A stretch of DNA of 64,000 nt, taken from contig JASGHG010000001.1 in NCBI GenBank assembly GCA_047602425.1, positions 1,184,001 to 1,248,000 of the forward strand, in the 5' to 3' direction. This DNA comes from Nibricoccus sp. (GTDB lineage: Bacteria > Verrucomicrobiota > Verrucomicrobiia > Opitutales > Opitutaceae). Under the pieces are notes generated by a model. That model saw only the letters and a program-made list of their open reading frames with translations. It did no database searches and had not been told where the DNA came from. Position numbers and translations under genes: made by a program. This document shows, in pieces, positions 20,059 through 28,273 of the stretch (the stretch's first letter is position 1; each line of letters opens with the position of its first letter).

Positions 20059-21408
20059 TTAGTTGCCGGAGGACGACTGCTGGTTTTTGGTTTGCACGCT
20101 TTCGGCCCGGTACGTTTTGCGCGCCGCATTGCTCAAGCCTTGCTTTTCAAGTTTGTCGGCCTCCCTGACCTGCTCCTCCGCGAGCGCAGCCATCGGAGCA
20201 TTGCTGTAAGTCATGGCAGCGGCCTTCAACTCGGCTGCTTTCTGACGCATTTCCTTGGCCGCGTCCTGACGGCGGTCCGCGTCGACGAGTTCAACCGCCT
20301 TGTCTTTCGTGACGGCGATGATGTTGGCCGCGTAGTCTGTCTGCACCTTGAGGTTCGCGGAACCAACCACTCGCTCGTGGTTCTCGCTAAAGGTTATTTT
20401 GCGCTGAGCGCGGATAGTGGACGTTTTTTGCGTGAGCGCATTTTCATAACTCAGCTGTGCCGAGGCGAGTTCGATTTCGGTTCCAGCGCGGGTCGCGGGT
20501 ACCTCTACTTCGATGAGGGCAAATTTCTCCTGGCCGCCATAAAGCTGATTCAACGTGATCTCCGCCTTGCGACCGCGAATGACCCCGTCGCGACCGACAA
20601 AGCTCAACGGGCGCACGCCTTCGGGAAAATTTACTTCCACCACCACGCGACGGGCGATCACGTTGAGCACGTCACCGAGTTCCCCGCCAAAAATCCGCGG
20701 GAGATCGTCGCTCGATTCCACAAAATAAGTATTGCCGTCGCTGCGCTGTGCGAGGCGCGTCATGAGATCCTCGTTGAAACCGAGCCCGAGTCCCACGGTT
20801 GTCACCGAAATGCCCTCTTTAACCAGAGCCGTGCCGAGACGGCCAAGCTCCTCGGGCGTCTGCGGACCGACATTTGCCAAACCATCCGAAAGAAGGATGA
20901 CGCGGTGAATGTAGCGACGGTCCTCGGTGTGCTTCCGAACCTCGGAGGCGCCCTGCGAAACACCGCCGAACAGATTCGTGCTTCCGCCGGTGTTGATGCC
21001 ACGAATCGCGGCAGCGATGCGCCGGCCGTCGCCGACACATTGAGCGGGGACCAGCGTTTGCACTTCGGTATCGTAGGTCACCACTGAAAGGATGTCGTCG
21101 GGCGCCAACCGTCCGAGAGCCTCAAGCGCCGCTTCGCGCGCGCGGGCAATTTTTTCGCCCGCCATCGAGCCGGAGCGATCGATCACGATCGAAAGATTAA
21201 CAGGCGGGCGCGCTTCTGCCCGCGGCAGACGGAGCCCGTCGAGGCAAACTTTCACGACCGCCCGACCTGTGCAGTCGGCCGGAAGAACCGTGCGATCAAG
21301 TTCGACGCGAAGTTGAACAACGTCGTCCAGCGATTTGGCCGAACAGGCAACGAGGGACAAAAGGCCGAACAAAGCGGCCGCGATTTTTGGGAGGAATTTT
21401 GTTTTCAT
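20059..21408 (-). CDS. von Willebrand factor A domain protein (YfbK-like), possible lipoprotein
   Basis: MIDAS motif VIDRSGSM, GSTNL, ILLSDG.AN.G, TVGLG..FNEDLM. LVAC lipobox-like motif after MKTKFLPK. Confidence 0.85.
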   Translation of the reverse strand: MKTKFLPKIAAALFGLLSLVACSAKSLDDVVQLRVELDRTVLPADCTGRAVVKVCLDGLRLPRAEARPPVNLSIVIDRSGSMAGEKIARAREAALEALGRLAPDDILSVVTYDTEVQTLVPAQCVGDGRRIAAAIRGINTGGSTNLFGGVSQGASEVRKHTEDRRYIHRVILLSDGLANVGPQTPEELGRLGTALVKEGISVTTVGLGLGFNEDLMTRLAQRSDGNTYFVESSDDLPRIFGGELGDVLNVIARRVVVEVNFPEGVRPLSFVGRDGVIRGRKAEITLNQLYGGQEKFALIEVEVPATRAGTEIELASAQLSYENALTQKTSTIRAQRKITFSENHERVVGSANLKVQTDYAANIIAVTKDKAVELVDADRRQDAAKEMRQKAAELKAAAMTYSNAPMAALAEEQVREADKLEKQGLSNAARKTYRAESVQTKNQQSSSGN

Positions 21409-21458
21409 GGTGAATCTGTGTTTAACGGCACAGATTTCACCAGAAAACACGGCCGGAG

Positions 21459-21498
21459 TTGTCACCGGCCGGTCAGAAAATTGTCAGGGAATTGTCAT
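21459..21498. promoter_or_regulatory. Four GTCA direct repeats at exact 11-bp spacing (OmpR/PhoB-type box)
   Basis: GTCA starts at 21461, 21472, 21483 and 21494, three of them as TTGTCA, 50-90 nt upstream of the vWA start. Confidence 0.65.
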
Positions 21499-21530
21499 GG
21501 CCACCCGGCCACAACACCCGCCATCCAAAA

Positions 21531-22166
21531 TCAAAGCTTCTTCAATGCCCCCAGGAAGGGCTTGGGGCCACCTTCCATATAGCCCAGCTCACCGACGTTT
21601 TTGCCTTCGCTATTGAGGACGATGACTGTCGGGAACCCCTGGATGCCGTACTGCTGGGCAAGTTTCTGGTTGGCGGCCTTGAGTTGCGGCGACTGCGGCG
21701 TGCCACGGGGAAAATCCAACTTCACCAGCAGGAGATTGGTACCGGCGAAAGTTTTGAAATCCTGAGTGGAGAGGATTTCCTTGTCGAATTTTTTGCACCA
21801 GCCGCACCAATCCGAACCGGTAAAGAACAGGAAAATCTTCTTCTTTTCCGCTTTGGCCTGGCGCAGGGCTGCCGCGTAATCGGTCGTCCACTGGCCCGCG
21901 GCGATGGCCGGCCCGGAGGTTTGCGAGGCGCCGGCTGCGGCGGCAGGGGCTCCCGTGTCACCGGCGCCCTTGATGCCAATGACTTTTCCCTCTCGCAACT
22001 TGATCGTCATGTCAGGATATTTCAGAACGGTTGTTCCGCCTGCCTCCATTTTCGATGCCGGAGCTCCTTTTTCCTCGATCACTTTTTGATAAGTGTCGCC
22101 CGTTTCAACCGCCAGCAGCGACCCAGTGGTCGCTGCGAAAATCAAAGCCAATGTGGATAGTTTCAT
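21531..22166 (-). CDS. Exported thioredoxin-fold (DsbH/SoxW-like) protein
   Basis: FTGSDWCGWC, LDFP, YGIQGFPT. Signal peptide from MKLSTL. Confidence 0.88.
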   Translation of the reverse strand: MKLSTLALIFAATTGSLLAVETGDTYQKVIEEKGAPASKMEAGGTTVLKYPDMTIKLREGKVIGIKGAGDTGAPAAAAGASQTSGPAIAAGQWTTDYAAALRQAKAEKKKIFLFFTGSDWCGWCKKFDKEILSTQDFKTFAGTNLLLVKLDFPRGTPQSPQLKAANQKLAQQYGIQGFPTVIVLNSEGKNVGELGYMEGGPKPFLGALKKL

Positions 22167-22301
22167 GGTTATGATACTCGCATGGCCCATACAGGCCGAA
22201 GCTGCGGAAATGAAAGCAAAGCCTGCCCTATTGAACATGCCCAAATCGCAGATTTAATGTAAAAGAAGCCCGGCTTGTACTGCGCGGAAGAGTGAAATCC
22301 G

Positions 22302-24440
22302 TCACATCTCGCGTTTTACACCGGCGGGCCCTGCGCGATAAATGGAAAGCGTGCTGGCAGGTTCGACTTTAACCTTCTGGCCGCGACAAACGATCTCGCC
22401 CGAAACGGTTTCGCCTGGGTTTACCGGCATGACGGCGAGCAGCATATCGCCATTCTCGGCCGGAATCGCCGAAACATAGGCGCCAGCCAATCCCGTGACC
22501 GGCGAGGGCAAATCGAGTCGCGCAATGGCGGCGGTAAGACCGGCTGCGTCCGCCTCGATTTTGAACGAAACTGGCAGACCCAGGGAGACACGGTGGCCGT
22601 CCACCGTGAGTGCCGGAGCTTCGTCAATCACATGAACCGGAAATTTTGCCGCCACGAGTTTTTGCAACACGGCAAATTCCTTCGCCGTGACCACCCGGGC
22701 GCAAGGAAGAACCACGGCTTTGTAAGTTTGTTTACCCAGCCGCAACACGCCGTTTTCCAACACGGCATCGCCAAGCCAGTTATCGGAAATCATATCCACT
22801 TGCACGCCCGCCGCAGGCATCGCACCCGTGAGGCGATTGACTTTGCTCATGATATCGTCGTTTTCGGGCTCGCGGCCAATCATCATGGTTGCGAGTGGAC
22901 AAACCACCGCAACTTCGGCGACGGGCAGTCTGTAGCCTGTGATGGCATGCACGCGGCGCGTTTTCTCGATCAGCTTCGGCAACAATGGCCATGTTGGGTG
23001 GTTCGGGAAACCAGGTCCAAAATCGCGCCCAGCCCCAATGCCTTTCGTGATGCCGTAGGAATGTTGAATCCACTCGTTGGAAAAAAGCGCCATGAGATCA
23101 TTCCAATAAATGGGCGCAGACTCTTCGTATTTCACGCCCCATTGATTGAAATAAGCGTGTCCGGTTTTTGAATACCGGCCCAGGCTCGTTGCCAGGATCA
23201 TGAAGGATACGTCCTCGTATTTGTCGGCCAGACTGGCTTTGAAATATTTTTCGAAGCTGCCCGCGTCGGTATAACCGGAATCGAGCGCGGAGAGCCCGCG
23301 CCAGTAATCGGCTGAACCGTGATACATATTGTCGGGAATGGTGTGCCAGTTTTGGTGAATCCCCATTCGCAAGGGTCCAAAGCGCTTCTCGCCTTCCTTC
23401 CACATCCGTTCCTCCGCACCAAAAACATAATCCATCACCAGCTGAAAGTAGTCGTTGCGCACGCGCATCTGGCTTTCGTCGTCGAGAGAAAGAAGCAGCG
23501 CGTAAAGTTTCGCCTTCAGGTCATAACCATACTTCGCCTGGAAATCCCGGTAGATGCGTTCGCTGATCGCGTAGTGGCCAAATTGGAGATAGTAACCTGG
23601 TTCGTCCCACCAAAAGCCGTTGAAGCGAATGCCTTCGGCTTTGTAACGATCGAGTAGTTTTATCATTTCGGCCTCATGCGCCGGCGCATCGAATGCGTAC
23701 AAATTTGTGCTGAACCGTGGAAACGCCACGACCCACCATTCACCCGGAGGCAGATCGGGCTTCCCGAACACTTCCACATAGTAAAGACTGCGATTGATAA
23801 AGAAATGATGCTGCGCGGTGATGTCGCGAATCGACGACGTGATCACGCGGCCGTCCTTGCGCTGGTAAGCGAAGACTTTGTCCACACCCACGGGATTCAG
23901 CCAGAGTCCGACTTCGGTCAGCATGTGCACGTCGCGTTTCGAAGGATAATTATAGCGAAGAGTAAAACGCCCGCCTTCCACCTTGCATTCGTTGAGCAAT
24001 GCGCGATCGGCGGGCAGAGTGTTTCCCGGCGCAGGAGATTTCCCCATAAAATCCTGACCGGTGAGCAAAATTTCCGCACCAAAACCTGTTTTCCCAATGA
24101 TGTGGTGTGCGCCGAAACGCGGATCAGGGCCCCAAATGAATTCGATCCCTTCACGCTTGCAGGCTTCGCTCGCGAGTTTCACGGCTGCAATCATCTCGTC
24201 GTCGAAAATCTGGTAGCGCGTCGCCCGCGGCATAACAAAGAGCCCGTCAAAACCAGCGGCTTTCAGATCGGCGAGTTGTTTCAACAAAACCTCCGGATTC
24301 TCGATGGCCTCGTCCTGCCACGTCCAAAACATCGTGGCGAACGGACCAGGTTTTTTTTCAGCGGCGGTCAGCGAAATTCCGCAACTAATAAAAACAACTA
24401 ACACAAAAACACGCAAGGAACGAAAGGTGGAAAGCGGCAT
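22302..24440 (-). CDS. Exported putative glycoside hydrolase (GH106-like TIM barrel, uncertain)
   Basis: Signal peptide, FWTW...QLADLKAAGFDG, GFWWDEP, F..KYGYDL, and a C-terminal GATase-like segment (YKAVVLP). Family assignment by recall only. Confidence 0.5.
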   Translation of the reverse strand: MPLSTFRSLRVFVLVVFISCGISLTAAEKKPGPFATMFWTWQDEAIENPEVLLKQLADLKAAGFDGLFVMPRATRYQIFDDEMIAAVKLASEACKREGIEFIWGPDPRFGAHHIIGKTGFGAEILLTGQDFMGKSPAPGNTLPADRALLNECKVEGGRFTLRYNYPSKRDVHMLTEVGLWLNPVGVDKVFAYQRKDGRVITSSIRDITAQHHFFINRSLYYVEVFGKPDLPPGEWWVVAFPRFSTNLYAFDAPAHEAEMIKLLDRYKAEGIRFNGFWWDEPGYYLQFGHYAISERIYRDFQAKYGYDLKAKLYALLLSLDDESQMRVRNDYFQLVMDYVFGAEERMWKEGEKRFGPLRMGIHQNWHTIPDNMYHGSADYWRGLSALDSGYTDAGSFEKYFKASLADKYEDVSFMILATSLGRYSKTGHAYFNQWGVKYEESAPIYWNDLMALFSNEWIQHSYGITKGIGAGRDFGPGFPNHPTWPLLPKLIEKTRRVHAITGYRLPVAEVAVVCPLATMMIGREPENDDIMSKVNRLTGAMPAAGVQVDMISDNWLGDAVLENGVLRLGKQTYKAVVLPCARVVTAKEFAVLQKLVAAKFPVHVIDEAPALTVDGHRVSLGLPVSFKIEADAAGLTAAIARLDLPSPVTGLAGAYVSAIPAENGDMLLAVMPVNPGETVSGEIVCRGQKVKVEPASTLSIYRAGPAGVKREM

Positions 24441-24555
24441 GGTTCGAGCGAGCCGCCAAAGCCTCCTCACGTCAACTCAGCAGGCCAGGATGCTTGCGCA
24501 ACTTGTTGAGCTGACAGTCCGGCAACGGCGCTGGACTATACTCGGGCCTGCGCCT

Positions 24556-26013
24556 TCACATTGAAGCCAGCAGCTTGCGCAGCGTTTCGTCGACGAGCTT
24601 GGGGTTAGCCTTGCCTTTCGCGGCTTTCATGATCGGACCCTTGAACGCATTGATCGCGCTGTCTTTGCCGGATTTAAACTCGGCAAGCGCCTTGGCGTTG
24701 GCCGCGATGGAGTCGCGACACCATTGTTCAAGTTCGCCCGAGTCGGTCGGCGCGGCTTTCAGGCCGCGGCGGTCAGCGATGGCTTCAGGCAGGTCGCCCA
24801 TGGCGAACATTTCGACAAAGATTTCCTTCGCGGCGTTGTTCAGCACCGTGCCGGCGTCGATCAGCTTCACGAGAGCAGCGATGTGCGCGGGTTTCACCTT
24901 TGAGTCGACGAGAGAAATTTTCGCCGTGCCGATCTCGCGGAGGAGGTCGTTGACGATCCAATTGCCAGCGGCCTGAGCCTTGCCCGGACCGGAAAGTTTC
25001 GCTGCTTCCTCAAAGAAGTCGCTCAGCTCGCGATCGGGCACGAGGACGGATGAAATCGTGTATGGAATCTGATACTGCTCGAAGAAGCGGCGCTGTTTGT
25101 CGAAAGGCAGTTCGGGACATTCAGCTTTGATGCGTGCTTTCCAAGCATCGTCGACTTTCACCGGCATAAGATCCGGGTCGGGGAAGTAACGGTAATCGTG
25201 CGCCATTTCCTTCGAGCGAAGCGACTGCGAGGCGCCGGTCTGGCCGTCGTAGTCGCGCGTTTCCTGAACGATAATACCGCCGCTTTCCTTTACCGCGATC
25301 TGGCGGGCAATTTCGTGGGCAATACCATCGCGAACAAACGAAATGGAGTTGAGGTTCTTGAGTTCGACTTTGGTTCCGAGCTTTGTTTCGCCAACGGGAC
25401 GAATGGAAATGTTAGCGTCGCAACGCATCTGGCCTTTTTCCATATCGCAGTCGGAAATGCCGCCATAGACCATGGTGTTGCGCAGCGAGGTGAGATACGC
25501 AAACGCTTCCTCCGCGGTATGCATCACGGGCTCGGAGACGATTTCCATCAATGGCGTGCCAGCGCGGTTGTAATCGACGAGCGAATCGACCGCACCATGG
25601 TTGAGCTTGCCGACATCCTCTTCGAGATGGATGCGGGTGAGCGCGATTTTTTTGTGCTCGCCCATCACGTTGCGCGCAGATCCGGGCAGTTCGATCTCAA
25701 CCGATCCATTGAGACAAATCGGTTGGTCGTATTGCGAGATTTGGTAGTTCTTCGGCGAGTCGGGATAGAAATAGTTTTTCCGATCCCATTTGCAAACCGG
25801 TGCGATGTCACAACCAAGCATGAGGCCGGCCTTGATAATCGCGTCGAGCGCGGCCTTGTTCATCACCGGCAGTACGCCGGGAAGCGCAAGCACGACTGGA
25901 TCGGTCAATGTGTTTTCGTCATGACCGTAGCCCGCAGCGACACGCGTGAACATCTTCGACTGCGTCTTTACCTGAACGTGGACTTCAAGACCGATGACGG
26001 CTTCGTATTTCAT
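24556..26013 (-). CDS. gatB: Asp/Glu-tRNA amidotransferase subunit B
   Basis: YEAVIGLEVHVQ, DRKNYFYPD.PK.YQISQ, RIHLEED.GK, DYNRAGTPLMEIVSEP, DYRYFPDPDL. Confidence 0.97.
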   Translation of the reverse strand: MKYEAVIGLEVHVQVKTQSKMFTRVAAGYGHDENTLTDPVVLALPGVLPVMNKAALDAIIKAGLMLGCDIAPVCKWDRKNYFYPDSPKNYQISQYDQPICLNGSVEIELPGSARNVMGEHKKIALTRIHLEEDVGKLNHGAVDSLVDYNRAGTPLMEIVSEPVMHTAEEAFAYLTSLRNTMVYGGISDCDMEKGQMRCDANISIRPVGETKLGTKVELKNLNSISFVRDGIAHEIARQIAVKESGGIIVQETRDYDGQTGASQSLRSKEMAHDYRYFPDPDLMPVKVDDAWKARIKAECPELPFDKQRRFFEQYQIPYTISSVLVPDRELSDFFEEAAKLSGPGKAQAAGNWIVNDLLREIGTAKISLVDSKVKPAHIAALVKLIDAGTVLNNAAKEIFVEMFAMGDLPEAIADRRGLKAAPTDSGELEQWCRDSIAANAKALAEFKSGKDSAINAFKGPIMKAAKGKANPKLVDETLRKLLASM

Positions 26014-26037
26014 GGGAGAAGAGGAGAGAGTTTTTTG

Positions 26038-26077
26038 GCCACAGAGAACACGGAGCTCGGACACAGAGGTCACAGAG
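26038..26077. repeat. Left arm of the inverted repeat enclosing GxxExxY gene 1
   Basis: GCCACAGAGAACACGGAGCTCGGACACAGAGGTCACAGAG. Matches the reverse complement of 26459-26498 at 36 of 40 positions. Confidence 0.92.
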
Positions 26078-26450
26078 CCAAGCGGCGAAGCCCGTGTTTG
26101 GTAAGCAAGGTGGTTCTAAAATTGAAGAGTAGACCGATGCGGCAGGAGGAAAACCGCAGGTAGGTTAGGACTTGGGCTTCATGCACGCCGAGGAGTTCGT
26201 CGATGGCCTTGAGCTCAACTACGACCTTGCCACCCACCAAAAAATCGAGCCGATAGGCATCCTCGATCAACAAGTCTTTATAGCGCACAGAGCAGAGTTT
26301 CTGCTCTTCAAAGGCAATATGGCGGAGAGATAATTCGTGCGCCAGAGCACGTTGGTAAGCGGACTCTAAAAGCACTGGGCCAAGGTCCCGATGGACCTCA
26401 ATTGCCGCACCAATGACTTGCTCAGTCAGCTGATTGATTTCGGCGTCCAT
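26070..26450 (-). CDS. GxxExxY protein (PD-(D/E)XK nuclease-like, PDDEXK_3), copy 1
   Basis: IGAAIEVHRDLGPVLLESAY, YRLDFLV...VVELKA, HEAQVLTYL, GLLFNF. Confidence 0.92.
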   Translation of the reverse strand: MDAEINQLTEQVIGAAIEVHRDLGPVLLESAYQRALAHELSLRHIAFEEQKLCSVRYKDLLIEDAYRLDFLVGGKVVVELKAIDELLGVHEAQVLTYLRFSSCRIGLLFNFRTTLLTKHGLRRLAL

Positions 26451-26458
26451 GATTTTTT

Positions 26459-26498
26459 CTCCGTGTTCTCTGTGTCCGAGCTCCGTGTCCTCTGTGGC
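26459..26498. repeat. Right arm of the inverted repeat enclosing GxxExxY gene 1
   Basis: CTCCGTGTTCTCTGTGTCCGAGCTCCGTGTCCTCTGTGGC, 5 nt from the gatA stop codon. Confidence 0.92.
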
Positions 26499-26503
26499 AA
26501 GAC

Positions 26504-27970
26504 TCAGAGATTCGGGGTTTTAGTGGCCCAGTCGTGACCTTTTTCGTAGGCGTGGGCGATAGAGAAAAGTTCGGCTTCCTGGAAAGGCTGGCCGATGATT
26601 TGCAGGCCGATCGGCAAGCCGCTCTGCGAGAAACCACAGGGGATGCTGATGCCGGGCAGGCCGGCGAGGTTCACGCCGATCGTGTAGATATCGCTCAGGT
26701 ACATCGCGAGCGGGTTGGCAGCCTTTTCGCCTTTTTTGAACGCGGGTGTCGGCGAGGTCGGCGTGAGAATCGCGTCAACTTCCTTGTAGGCGTTAAGGAA
26801 ATCCTGACGGATCAACGTGCGAACTTTTTGAGCGCGCAGATAATAAGCGTCGTAATAACCGCTCGAGAGTACGTAAGTGCCGAGGATGATACGGCGCTTC
26901 ACTTCGGGGCCAAAACCTTCTGCGCGCGATTTGAAATAGAGATCGACAATGTCTTTCGCGTCTTTCGAGCGATGACCGTAACGGATGCCATCGTAACGCG
27001 CGAGGTTCGAGGAGCATTCGGCCGTGGCAATGATGTAATAAACGCCTACGCCAAACTCGGTGTGCGGCAGAGAAACATTTTTCACTTCGCAGCCCATCTT
27101 CTCGTAATACGCGATCGCTTTTTCCACAGCAGCGGCCACTTCGGGATCGAGACCCTGGCCGAAATATTCCTTTGGAATGCCGAGCTTCCAAGGTCCTTTG
27201 CGCTTCGTTAGTTCTGCACGATAGTTCGGGATTTCTGTTTTGAACGAAGTGGAGTCGAGCGGATCGTGCCCGGCAATCGCGCCAAGCGTGATCGCAGCAT
27301 CTTCGACCGAGCGGCTGAAGGGGCCAATTTGGTCAAGCGACGAGGCAAACGCGATCAGGCCGTAGCGCGAGACGAGGCCGTAGGTGGGCTTCATGCCGAC
27401 GACGTTGCAGAGCGCCGCAGGTTGGCGGATCGAGCCGCCCGTGTCGGAGCCGAGCGTGACAATGGCCTCGCCAGCTGCGACAGCCGCAGCGCTGCCGCCG
27501 GAGCTGCCACCGGGCACACGTTCGAGATCATAGGGATTGCAGGTCGTGTGAAACGCGGAGTTTTCCGTCGAAGAACCCATCGCGAACTCGTCGAGGTTCA
27601 GACGACCCCAGCAAATTGCGCCGGCGTTTTTCAACTTCTTCGTGACAGTCGCATCGTAAGGCGAAACGAAATTCGCGAGCATCTTCGACGATGCCGTCAA
27701 AGGCTGGCCCGTGACAGCGATCACGTCCTTGATGCCGACCGGAATGCCGTCGAGCGGCCCCCTCGCCTGTCCTACGGCGCGACGTTCGTCGGACGCGCGG
27801 GCCTGCGCGAGCGCGTCGCCCTCGTCGAAGGAGTTGAAGGCTTTGACCTTTGAATCAACGGCCTTGGTTCGGGCGATGACGGCCTGCGTGAGGTCGACCG
27901 AAGAAAGTTTCTTCGTCTCCAGCAAGCCGGAGAGCTCGGTGACTGTTTTGTAGAAGAGTTCGGAGGACAT
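26504..27970 (-). CDS. gatA: Asp/Glu-tRNA amidotransferase subunit A
   Basis: Amidase signature GIKD, DEFAMGSSTENS, PGGSSGGSAAAV, GSDTGGSIRQPA, EVKRRIILGT. Start MSSELFY at 27970. Confidence 0.97.
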   Translation of the reverse strand: MSSELFYKTVTELSGLLETKKLSSVDLTQAVIARTKAVDSKVKAFNSFDEGDALAQARASDERRAVGQARGPLDGIPVGIKDVIAVTGQPLTASSKMLANFVSPYDATVTKKLKNAGAICWGRLNLDEFAMGSSTENSAFHTTCNPYDLERVPGGSSGGSAAAVAAGEAIVTLGSDTGGSIRQPAALCNVVGMKPTYGLVSRYGLIAFASSLDQIGPFSRSVEDAAITLGAIAGHDPLDSTSFKTEIPNYRAELTKRKGPWKLGIPKEYFGQGLDPEVAAAVEKAIAYYEKMGCEVKNVSLPHTEFGVGVYYIIATAECSSNLARYDGIRYGHRSKDAKDIVDLYFKSRAEGFGPEVKRRIILGTYVLSSGYYDAYYLRAQKVRTLIRQDFLNAYKEVDAILTPTSPTPAFKKGEKAANPLAMYLSDIYTIGVNLAGLPGISIPCGFSQSGLPIGLQIIGQPFQEAELFSIAHAYEKGHDWATKTPNL

Positions 27971-27978
27971 GTTGTGTC

Positions 27979-28269
27979 TCATTCCACGACTTTCGGGACG
28001 ACGACCATGTTGTTGCGCTGGGCGGGAGCGTTCTTTAGCGCTGCCTCGACCGACAAGCCCGGCTGCGCGACATCGTCTGCCCAAACATTATAAACCGGGA
28101 ACGCGTGCGCGGTCGGCTCCACGCCGCTCACGTCGACTTTTTTGAGCTGTTCGATGTAGGTGAGCACATCGCCGAGTTGCGTGGCAAATTTCGCCTTTTC
28201 CTCGGCAGTCAGCGCGAGCCGGGCCAGGTTGGCGACGTGGTCGATATTGAGGTCAGTCGGGGCAGACAT
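27979..28269 (-). CDS. gatC: Asp/Glu-tRNA amidotransferase subunit C
   Basis: HVANLARL...EQL.KVDVSGVEPTAH...LKNAP...VVPKVVE, directly upstream of gatA. Confidence 0.95.
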   Translation of the reverse strand: MSAPTDLNIDHVANLARLALTAEEKAKFATQLGDVLTYIEQLKKVDVSGVEPTAHAFPVYNVWADDVAQPGLSVEAALKNAPAQRNNMVVVPKVVE

Positions 28270-28273
28270 GTTG

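Noticed and set aside
19867..21087. Long antisense/shadow ORFs (also 7822-8580, 8639-9661, 25198-26163, 35560-36756, 41134-42306, 50925-52292, 53712-54698, 59181-60191)
   Set aside because: They overlap well-supported genes, lack recognisable motifs, and are expected from GC-rich codon bias.
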